Assembly (NCBI GenBank): GCA_043228905.1
Contig: JBHGNT010000011.1
Span: forward strand, 15,624,001-15,688,000
From: Azolla caroliniana
Lineage: Eukaryota > Plantae > Polypodiophyta
DNA: 64,000 bases
Direction of reading: 5' to 3'
The position numbers and the translations under genes are program-made. Below the pieces are notes generated by a model. It made no database searches and had not been told where the DNA came from. It was given only the letters and a program-made list of their open reading frames with translations. Positions 39,942 through 51,180 of this stretch are shown piece after piece. Within the stretch, counting starts at the first letter, position 1, and each line of letters starts with the position of its first letter.

Positions 39942-40361
39942 ATGGTTCGTGTGAAGATCAGTGCGAGCAATATCTCCCAGAAGTGTCGCTTCTTCTTCGT
40001 CACCACTTCCCCCCATTCCCATCGGTTGCTACTCTCTCGACCTTCGTCGCCATCTCAATACCTGCAGAAACCACCCTCCTTCTCTTCCTCCCTTTCCTTG
40101 CTCGTTCGTCCCTGGTCTTCCGCTTCCACTGCTCCCTCCTCGTCTGTCTCTGAAGCGAGATCGAGCTCCAGCTATAAAGCTTCTCCTTCTCCTTCTCCTT
40201 CTCCTTCTCCTTCTCCATCTCCTTCGGAAATGGAGTCTTCCAAGCTTCCTCCGGATTATGACGATTGTGTATTCGACGCAGATGATAAAGATTACAAAGG
40301 AGAACCAGAGAGCGATCCTGAAGAAACTTACCTCTTCAGTCCTTCTGATAGCGAGAATTAG
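39942..40361 (+). CDS. Small 139-aa protein, transit-peptide-like N-terminus, (SP)n linker, acidic tail; probable paralog of 23378-23770
   Basis: ATG in GACATGG context; first ~70 residues S/R-rich with no acidic residues; tail PPDYDD..DADD..DPEETYLFSPSDSEN. Confidence 0.72.
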   Translation: MVRVKISASNISQKCRFFFVTTSPHSHRLLLSRPSSPSQYLQKPPSFSSSLSLLVRPWSSASTAPSSSVSEARSSSSYKASPSPSPSPSPSPSPSEMESSKLPPDYDDCVFDADDKDYKGEPESDPEETYLFSPSDSEN

Positions 40362-41884
40362 CTAAAGAATCCTCCTCCTCTTCATTTGCTTAGAAATCCT
40401 ATGAGATATATTAGCTACGGGGGAGAGAGGTTTTAGGTATATCTCCACTTGATTATCCAGGTACCATTATGATGACTGTAAAGTTTCTTTCTTCCAATCA
40501 ATGGCTTTCTTGTAGAGTGTTTTTTCATGTGATTTTCAACAATTGTTTTGAATTGTTTATAAGTGTTGATCTGTGTTCGTAGAGTAGTAGTCCTTACTCT
40601 AATTTATAAACCGTGACTACACAAAACCGTTCTGGTCTTCCATTCACCTACAAAGCTAAATCTGAACTACCTGAACTAACACACCCCCTCCATGTATTAC
40701 ATTTTCTCAAAATGGTGTTTTGAGGTTGGATACTTTTTTTGAGAGGTCATAATTTTCCTTCCCCTAATCCGTACGCTAATTTATAAGTAGTGTCTACACT
40801 AAACGGATTTGGTCTTTAATTTACCTACGAAGTTAAGTCTGCATTGCAAATGCATTTCAAGGATTGCATTTTCTCAAAAATGATGTTTTGAGATTATATA
40901 CGTTTTGTGAGGTGATAATGGTTGTGAAATATTCAATTTTATTCGATATGTTTTCAAAGAAAACAATGATTATGTAATAAGGGACAAACTAAGCCGTACT
41001 TAAAAAGAGGTGGTGAAATGTTACAGAGGATCGTTTTATGTTTTCAAAGTAAACATTGATTTTATAGTTGAAACAAACCAATGCATGCATTTGCAAGTGA
41101 AGATCAAGTGTGAGTAATTTGACATTGATTTGAAACTATTGATTATACATGTTATGCATTGGGTAACGCATCACATGTGAAATCTTAATGTGATCTGCTT
41201 TGTAATTACAAGATTACAAAATTAATATTAACAACATGTCACCATGAAGTTGCAACTCTTGTTTTCCCATGTTATATACCAAGCAACCTTTCCTACACAA
41301 GAACATGTTATCTCCACCTTTAGATGATCTCCTACACACACATTCAATCAGCTAACTTAATGCATATATGACGGATTTTGACTCTCTCCAATAATGTATA
41401 TATACTCTAGTAGACAGCACAAATAATCAAGTGATTTTATTGTCCACGGTGGTTGGAGATTTCAAGCTCAGCCATACACTTATGGGGCCAAAGTGGACAA
41501 CATAAGTAATCAAGTGATTTCATTGTTCACGGTTGTTGGAGATATCAAGCTCGTACACTTGTTGGGTTACAAACACACACAAGGCAACAAATCTTGAACC
41601 TATAAAGAAAAAAAATGCTCAAATGGACAAAAAAGGAAACATGTGCCCATATAAGTGATGTGGCGAATGGTGCATTGCAACATGGCATGCCCCATAAGTA
41701 GAACACGAATTAGATCATACATCAAATCAACTTCTCCCCAATGAGCAGAGTGCACATATTACATTGTGGGGCTTATACCTCATGTATTATGTTGCATATG
41801 TTACCAAACTACATAACCAGTCTTCTATGAACATGTAATTCTATTTTTGTGTTATATCCTATTTTTATAAGATAGTTTTACGAT

Positions 41885-42112
41885 TGTTCTTGTTGTGAAT
41901 GCAAGGATTGTTATCATAATGGTTATCAACACATTCACCAAGATAGTGAATTGCACTTAAAAAGCCACAAGCAACAGACAGAAAATTGACTCTATAATCA
42001 GGTATATGTTCTTGTTGTGAATGCAAGGATTGTTATCATAATGGTTATCAACACATTCACCAAGATAGTGAATTGCACTTAAAAAGCCACAAGCAACAGA
42101 CAGAAAATTGAC
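41885..42112. repeat. 106-bp exact direct repeat with 16-bp spacer
   Basis: 41885-41990 matches 42007-42112. Confidence 0.95.
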
Positions 42113-42470
42113 ATAAGAGAGTTGCTTTGTTTTTAATGGGGATTGAAATTGACACCATTTTCCAGATTAAATATGAACACAATAGTTGTGTATATGTTCA
42201 TCATCAAATTGAGTGTTGATGACGTTGAGAATTATAATAACGTTGGCATGATAAAACAGTACATATAATTAAAAGGTTTTTTTAGTACAAATTTGTTCGA
42301 ATGTATAAAAGAGTAGAAATGGTGGCTGAATAGTTCATTATGTGTGGCATTGAAAATGATAATGATGTTAGCTCCTTGTTAAATCAGTAAAACTAACGAA
42401 TGTTAGAACCTTGCTATATCTGTGTAAAGAAATGAGATGGCTGCAGACTTTGCCAAGGTGAATAACGGTG

Positions 42471-44002
42471 TCAACAAATGAAAGGTGCTTTGGCATTCTC
42501 ATCAGAGCAATAAAGCCCTGGTTGTTGAGTAAATCCTTGCTTTTTGAGGATCTCCCTTATTTTGCTAACAAGCTCATAGTTAGTGATAGAACCATGGTTT
42601 TGGGAGAGCACAATTTGAATAGCATTACTCATGGCTCCATATCCTTCATTCCCTAATTGTCCAGAAGCATCAGCTGAAGTCTCATGTGATTGGCACCCAC
42701 TTACCAACACACCCATATCTGCCCTATACTTCATTGTTTTTTTATTATTCTTGCGATTTACATTAGCAACAGCTTTCTTTGGCCCGACTACATGATCATG
42801 ACTATGACTGCTACTTTTGTCCTTGTTCTTTTCATTTGCTAACACTCCTCTCATAAATATCTTACCTTCTGAGGTTCGATCCTGGGGATGTATATCAATT
42901 ATTGATGCACGGATGTTATGTACATACATGTCCTTCCCTGTCTTTTGTTTTAAGATGGTCATCAATGTGGAGAGGGGCAGAGCTCTACTCTTCACATTGT
43001 ATTTCTCGTTACCCATGTAGGCAATGTTCTGGAAATGTTCATCATGTGCTATGTATTGATGGTCTAGATGAATACCACGTTTCTGAAGTTTCTCACGCAT
43101 TTTGTTATGAATCTTGTGAAAGGTCAACTCATCGTCACTTGACGAATTATCACAATCACGATCCACATCACCATTACTCATTTCAAGATCTCTCTTTCCC
43201 TTACCTTTAGATGGTTTTTTTGCACCACCATTTTCCTTATGTTTCCTGGCAGGTTTCTTTATCGTATGAGCACTCACTAATTCTGGAAGTGAACTTTCGC
43301 CAATCTGTTCTTTCTCATTTTCGATTAAACCTCCGCTATGGCATGAGTCTGAGATCATAGTGAGGCCAACACCCAAGGGCAATTTGTCAACAACCTCTCT
43401 GAAGTCATCATCTGCAAATGTTGGATCAATCAATGGTCAAACGAATAGGACGTAAGAGGATTGATCTCACTAGGGCACAATAAAATTTAGACACTTTCCA
43501 ATGTAGGAAAATGTCCACTCTTCACCATTACAATATTCAACATGATGAACTCTTGAGCCTCTCTTTTTAGCTCATAAGAAGTTTTTGATATCCTTTTATT
43601 TCAGAAAAGAGGCTACCCTGCTTACACTTTCAAGTTCAATCAACTCTGAGAGCTTTTGGAAGTGAGGTGGGTGGAGCCTAGATGTCTGACAAGATTAGGA
43701 CTTTCTTTGCCCACATTTCCAAACCACAATATGAACTCAATTACAAAACACTTCCCGCAGTACACACAAATGTTTTCTTTGTTCCAATATGATGTTATCG
43801 CGTCCGACGAGGATAACAAATTACTATATGTCAGTCTTTGTTGGATGGATGTAATAAAACCTATCCATCCATTAATCTCTACTATGACAAGTCCACAGGT
43901 AACCAGTACACAATAAATCCATCCATCCATCTAGTCATTCATTGATCCATCCATCTATCGATCTTTTCATTTCTTCTTGATGTGAATGGATTGAGCACAT
44001 AA

Positions 44003-44043
<41 letters not shown>

Positions 44044-44429
44044 TAAGGTTAGCGCAGGAAACCAAGAAGATTGGGCTTACCAGAGATGAGGTTCATGTCA
44101 CATGGAACGATGCATTCATCAAAACCAGTGGTATCAGGGTCACCAGGCTCGACAGGTAAGCGGACACCATGGCCACTATAGTGGAAGAAGAGAACATCAC
44201 CACTTTTTGAACCTGAGACAAGGTCATGGAGGGCTTGTTTGATGTTGAAACCTGTTGGTTTTAAACCTGAAGAACTATCTGTGTCCACGAGGATTGAGAT
44301 GTCAGTCTCATTGAACCCAAACCGATCCATGAGGCTTTGTTTGATTCGCTTCACATCAGTAATGCACCCACTGAGCTCTGCCTCAGTGCCCGGATAGTTG
44401 CAACCTACTAGCACTGCTTTTTTTGCCAT
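42471..44429 (-). CDS. Type II metacaspase, two coding exons
   Basis: Exons 44429-44081 and 43411-42471 (phase-1 GT-AG intron); [15 protein letters not shown], catalytic HYSGHG and [10 protein letters not shown], linker KSRALPLS, p10 [26 protein letters not shown]. Confidence 0.96.
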
Positions 44430-45485
44430 ATCTCTCAATATATTCTTTTACTCTCTTTGGGTTTAAATTGGGATTTGTAGACCTTGTTCTTGTTCTTTTT
44501 TCTGTGTAAAACTAGGATTTTCAGATCAGATAATTTAAGGATAGCAAAACTTCTTCTTCTTTCTGGATGTGTAAAATTAGGTTTTATTGATCAACTTTGG
44601 AAGAGTTTTTTGGAATTAGCGAATAGTATTCTTCTTTCTTCTGTGCTACAAAATTACAGTTTGTGGATTCAGGGAGCTAACATTTTTCTTCTGCTACTCG
44701 TCCTCATTGTGTGTGTGTGTGTGAAAGTAGGGTTTTCAGATGAGCTTTTGCATGTGTGAAGCCCACTCAGGCATTTTTTTATTATTCTTTCCATTTCTAC
44801 TTCTTCGTTATTCCTTTTCTATCTTTCTTTCTTCTTCTTCTTCCCGTGTGTGGCATCAGGGGTTAGAATTTAGCTGATCATCATCTTCTTTCCTCTTGTT
44901 CTTCCTCACGCATTCTTCTTCTTCTTCTTCTTCTTCTTCTTCTTCTTCTTTATTTTCTACTCCTTTCTTCTTTTAACTTGTTTCCATTATAACAGAAACA
45001 AAACTATAACAGAAACAAAGGGGGGAGGACAACATGCGATCTTACATTCAAAGGGTCGATACGAAATACGAATGAGGGGATGGAACCCAAACGGTGGGGA
45101 GCCAACCTGATGTTTCTTCTTCAAAATTAAACCTGCACAGACAAAAAAGGTAAAAAAGACCCGGAATTAAATCGACAGAGAAGTAGAAATGGGAAGGGGA
45201 ACAGAGAGGAAGGGAACCATGGATGGAATGAATGAATTGATGGTAAAATGCAGAGAGAGAGGAAGGAAACAGAGGGAAGGAGAGGGCGATCGATGGTCAC
45301 GACGCTCGCTCCCTCCCTCCCCTCCGGTGTGAACCGCCCCTTAAATCTCTTTCTCCACTTCCTCCCTCCCTCTCCGGTGTGAACTACCCCTTAAATCTCT
45401 TTCTCCTCTTTTGGTTATTTCCTTGCCATACCCCTCCCTCACTCTCTCTCTTCCTCTTTTTTAAATTTTTTATCACAATTACCTT

Positions 45486-45676
45486 ACCCTAGTGGTAAGT
45501 TGTTTACACTACAAGCCTTGCGTTGTGGGTTCGAAACCCAACTTCCTCACCTCTCTATTATATATACCTCTTATATATCTCTTAATTCACTAGATGCCAC
45601 TGTGGAATGTAGGGGGTTGAACCCATGACCACCTAGTTTCCATTGGGCAACCTTACCAACTGAGCTACATCCATCT
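45486..45676. mobile_element. tRNA-derived dispersed repeat with two convergent tRNA-like modules, copy 1
   Basis: Minus strand: A box TAGCTCAGTTGG, B box GGTTCAACCCC; plus strand: CCCTAGTGGTAAG and GGTTCGAAACCC; homologous to 59159-59342 in reverse orientation. Confidence 0.75.
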
Positions 45677-45678
45677 AG

Positions 45679-45710
<32 letters not shown>

Positions 45711-45874
45711 GGTCTTATAGACCATTTTGTCCTCTTAAAAGACTTTAATTTTTCTTTCTTTCTTTCTCTCATATATAATATATATATATACATAAACACT
45801 TAAGATGTAATCTCTTATTTGGTCTTATAGGCCATTTTGGCCTCTTAAAAGACGTTAATATATGTTTCTTTCTT

Positions 45875-45928
<54 letters not shown>

Positions 45929-46746
45929 TTAATATACTGTTATACATAAACACACACACACACACATATATATATATATCTTCTTCAAGTGATTCAACAA
46001 GACAAACTATGTATTACATAATACATTCTATATGTCAATGACATCAGACATCCTATGTATTACATTTTGTATGTTAATGATACATGCTTGCTTGAAACAA
46101 CACAACCTATGCACGTATGTTTGGCAGCCCCAAAGTTGCTCGTCGTACTTACGTATGCGCATACTTGTGCAGTACTAGCCAATTTGATGTCTCCAAATCT
46201 TCAACCTTATGTTGAGAACTGTCGAGCACAATTGTGGTGTGGAAGGCCTCATTCTTACGTACGATGACCAACAACCCGCTTTTTATGTTAGTTTTGTTGT
46301 CGACTTTAGCGAGGCTTCCCGAAAGTCAGAATTTATCATATGCTTGATAGATCCACTTATGTAAAAAATGCTACGAAGAATTTGAGTTTGGAATTTCAAA
46401 ACAATTTTGTCAATATGATTATAGTTACATATTTGATCATACATTCTTGCATCATGTTCTCATTGATCTCGATTGTTTTCAAAAGGATACTAATAATTAT
46501 CCAACAAATCCTCATTACAATGGAGAAAAATGAATGATTTGTAGGTTGAATGAGGTACAAAAAACGATGGTGCGTATGAAAACCTTATCATGGATAGAAG
46601 TACCGTAATAACCTAGTTGACACAATTAGGTTATCACTCTATTGATATATTCTATGGAATGTATAAGTATCAAAGCACATAAGATTTTGGGACGAATGAA
46701 TTAAATGAACTTACATTTTTATGGTGTTGAAAATTTCCATCAAGTA

Positions 46747-47221
46747 TAACAATCGGCAACGGTTCGGTTTGAACCAAACCGGACCGTGAAACCGCGGTTT
46801 AACAGCTTAACGGTTTCAACGGTTCGTTTCGGTTCAGGCTTAGGTTTTTTTTAACGGTTTGGTTCGGTTTCGGTTTGGTTTCAACAATCAAAAACCGTAG
46901 TTTTAACAGTTTAACGGTTTTTTATTTTTTATTTTTAAAAAAATTTAAAAAATCCTAAAAAAATTTAAAAATTGTTTTTAAACAATCTTTTCATTTTTAC
47001 ACCTTATTCTCACATTTTAGGAACATCTTAAAAATTCTAAAAATTCTAAATAATGAAATATTATAAATTTTAAAAAATTAAAAAATTGACCTATGTTGAA
47101 AACCGAAACTGAATCACGAAACCACGGTTTTTACGGTTTCGCGGTTCGATTCAGGTTTTTTAAAAATTAAACAGTTCGGTTTGGACCTTCTCAAACCGAA
47201 CCGAACCATTGCCGATTGTTA
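46747..47221. mobile_element. hAT-type MITE
   Basis: TIRs TAACAATCGGCAAYGGTTCGGTT, perfect 8-bp TSD ATCAAGTA (46739-46746, 47222-47229), many AACCG/CGGTT subterminal motifs, AT-rich centre. Confidence 0.93.
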
Positions 47222-50153
47222 ATCAAGTACAATGCATTTGCTCCTATTATTGATGACAACAAAATTATACGATGAATATGTTGCCTTCGAGAGGCAATCT
47301 AGCTAAATGGCTTGGATTAGAGTTTTTAGATGCTACTTGCGCTTCTATTGATTTCATTGCCCAATTTGGTTTAATGCAACATATGAGAGAGAGAAGCTTT
47401 TGTCATGTAAATATCATAATAATAAGTTTTGAAATAGGGTAAACATAAACAAAGTAAGTGAACTTATTCGTATGAATAGACTTGGGCTAGAAAAACATAA
47501 CTTTGATGTTAGTATTTTGATCCTATTTCACAAGAATTCTTCATGATAATGTTAATGACTTTATAGAAGTAATTTTATGCTCCGAATGTACTTGATGTAA
47601 AGGAGTGATTGTGGCTAAACTTTCTCAGCACAGAGATTTATGGTCATCGTTTACCAAGAGACTGAGCCATAAATATTTTGTTTTGTTTTGTTTTGTGCTT
47701 GTTTTGATGCATCATGCAGTAGTGAATTTTTACAAAAAATATGTTTTTTTTTGTTTTTTCTTCGTATATTTTTTAGGTGAATGAACAATAACATGTTATG
47801 GCCGATGGTAAATCCAATCAATTGACTAGATCGAGGAGTTGGAAGGGAATTTTCCAGTATGTGATTTGCCCAACATTGTACAAAAAGGGAGGGATGAGCT
47901 TTGGTTTATAGAAACCATTATATGTGTACTTCACATTTCAGGTTCCAACAAATCTCTCGTTATGGAAGAGTGAGTGGGACATCTGAAGTTATCCACTTTA
48001 TTTTTTGATACAAAGATATCTCTCTCACACATTTATTATTGCAAAGGCATACATACTTTTACCACATGCAAGCCCCTAATGAATGTGTGCCTTCATAATA
48101 GGTGAGCTTGATATCTCAACAATTTGTGATAGATGGCGATAAAAACAAGCATGTTCTCCAAAAGATAAGAATAATGTAACACATTGAATACCACGATCCA
48201 CATCTATGCATAAAAAATAGACACAATAAAAACATTCAAGTTTTTTACATATTTACATGATGTTGAGTTTGCCATCTCTAAAATTTTGGAGCATGTTATA
48301 TTTAGATATTTCTATAGTAAAGTAAATCTCCCAACCATGCATCTATAGTCTTTATCCCCTCAAGCAAATTATATTTATATTTTTAAAACATGGGGCTATA
48401 CATTGACCCCATACACATCTACAATTAGTCCAAGTTGGAACTACCATAATATTCGTGCAGTGAAACATTGCAAAAGAAACTCGGTATACAAACATGTTGG
48501 CTGAGAAAATGATCAAAGAGTAATGTGAAAAAATGAAGATAGGAAGGTCATTCAATCCAATACTACGAAGTGTTATGGAATTTCTTTTGTGAATGAAAGA
48601 TAAATTTGCAAAAATATAAATTAATTCAACATCAATATCAGATTTGTTTCACATATTGATATATCCAATCAAGAAATTAAAACATTCAATCAATGTTGAT
48701 GCTTTCACATGTTGTGTTTCTATCTAGATGCCCATTTGTCCCTCAGGATTGGTTGAACTAAAAGTCCTACTTTACACCTACTAGGATTGCTAGTAAGCAA
48801 TAAAGTGGAAAAGAAAGAAGTTAATACTCGTCGCCATAAAAAGATAAAATACAAATCTAAAAGTCTTGTGCATCATCAATCCTTCTTTGTTTGATGGAGA
48901 ATTACCATGTCAATCATTCAAGTGCTCTATGTTGATGAGGAAAGACTAAAATAGATGTGGTATGTCATGTCACTATTTTGATAAGTTTTTTTTATTAGGA
49001 TTACAATGTAGGACCATTGTTGAAACAACATTATATATTGCTTACTACTCACGTACAAACAACAATATTTATTTATTTTGTCCAAAAAATATATTATATT
49101 AGCATTAAGGGATGTCGTAATGCAATACATAAAATATGTACATTTAGGTAATGAACCCCTTCCTAAATTATGATTGTTGGTTGAAATAAATACTTCGGTG
49201 TAGAGTTGAGCCACTCCACCTTATCAGAAATCCATCTATAAAATATTCGTTTGCCCCATATGGCATGAAACTCCAATCTTTGTAGCTCTGCCTATTGCGC
49301 ATTACCTTTAATGTTGTCCAAAGAACCTCTGAGATTATGCACAACCTTTGTCCAAATCCTAGATTTGATATAGGCATGGCCTTCACTCACATCTTACAAA
49401 CAACCATATATTTGATGCCCCTAAATGCTTTAAATGTAATATCTTTGACCAAATATATCTAAAAAAGAAGTAAAATCATCCTCCAAATCATGAGACTCCT
49501 ATCGTAAGAGGGTAACCACATTCAAGAGTCATGCTACACTATAAAAACATGCAAGGTTATGTGTATAATATATGCTATTAAGTTCAATGACAAAAAAAGG
49601 ATGGTGCACATGATGGCATATAATAGATTATAGGAAAAGAAAAGAAAAAACGCCTTTCATTTCCTAGACATAGTTAAACACCAATGATGTGAGAAAAGCA
49701 GTGAGTGGAATAGTGAAACCATGGAAATATAATTGGTCATTGTTCAAAACGTAAAACTAGAAAGAGATGATAATTACCACAATTGATGATGGTGTTGGAA
49801 GGCTCAACCTTAACACAACCTCGTATATTGCCATCATCATATATTTGACACAATGAGATGCAATGAGAAAATAATAGTGCGATGTGATGAGATGATGAAT
49901 CTAAATAGTTGCTTATCCATGTATTTGAGTATATACGAGAATAAAGGGATTTTAAGTTACATGGAAGCAAATTATATTACCCAACACATAATTAATACAA
50001 CAACAAATCAGTATGGTGGTTAATAAGAACAAATAAGAAACCACAAGAGAGTGAGGCAAATAATCAACCGGGAGCAACTCAAGAGCTGACTCACAAAGTA
50101 TATTTGAGAAAGAGTATGGTACACAATGTATGTAAAAAACATGAGCTCTACCA

Positions 50154-50196
<43 letters not shown>

Positions 50197-50539
50197 GTAG
50201 ATCACGCCTCCCGACCACATAGGAGATGCTTGTACTCGATCAATGAAATCATATCCACACAACACAAAGGATGACTTGTAAGCTCAACACGAAACTGTCA
50301 CGAGTAGAAATCACAAAATAACCACGAAATCATGGTATTGCAGGCAAACTTGGGTCAAGCAGACCCAAGAGAGAGTTACGCCTACATTCCAACGAAGAAC
50401 GTGGTTGTATGTGCAATATCGAGATATGCCATGCATGGTTATTACTACTACTACTACCAAAGGGACTTCACATACATATGTTGACTTGACTATACACATT
50501 ACATATATTGTTCTTTTACTCTTCCCTTCCTTTCCTATA

Positions 50540-50594
50540 TGTACATACATACATACATACATACATACATACATACATACATACATACATACAC

Positions 50595-50627
<33 letters not shown>

Positions 50628-50876
50628 TACATACATATATTCACATACAAATAAGAGTATAAAATACACACATACAAATAAGAGTACAAAATACACACAT
50701 ACAAATAAGAGTACAAAATACACACATACAAATAAGAGTACAAAATACACACATACAAATAAGAGTACAAAATACACACATACATATATGTACATATTCA
50801 CATACAAATAAGAGTACAAAATACACACATACATATATCATATGTACATATTCACATACAAATAAGAGTACAAAAT
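50540..50876. repeat. (TACA)n and (CA)n microsatellites followed by a 27-bp minisatellite (~7 units) upstream of the KUP gene
   Basis: Unit CACACATACAAATAAGAGTACAAAATA; five adjacent copies then two separated by short spacers. Confidence 0.95.
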
Positions 50877-51180
50877 AGTGAACGAAGCGAGAGACAATTG
50901 CAAGGAAGAAAAAGACTTAGACAAATACATACAAATACATAGAGAGAGAGAGAGAGAGAGAACGAAGAAGCCACGGAAGTCGAAGGTGGAAACGACCGAG
51001 CGATGTCTTTTCCCTCTCGTTCTCCTTCTGCCTCTGCAATTCTGCAGGATCTGATTGAATGCAGGATTCGTTAAGAAATAGGTCGAGATATTCTTTTTCT
51101 CCTTCTCCTGCGAAGATCCTTGTTGTGAAATCAACAACTGTCTATTTCTTGCCGAAGAAGGAAAACCAGAGTATTTACAC

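Noticed and set aside
45600-45672. Functional tRNA gene
   Set aside because: A and B boxes are present, but the anticodon arm does not pair convincingly and the second copy diverges freely; treated as a tRNA-derived repeat.
46300-47480. Possible decayed hAT transposase around the MITE (ERSF..NII-like near 47390-47420)
   Set aside because: A single weak motif with no open frame; not enough to call.
50311-50841. Repetitive ORFs (YTHTNKSTK)n, (CVYFVLLF)n and a CRISPR-like look
   Set aside because: A 27-bp minisatellite and microsatellites open in several frames; units are adjacent with no unique spacers, and the context is eukaryotic.
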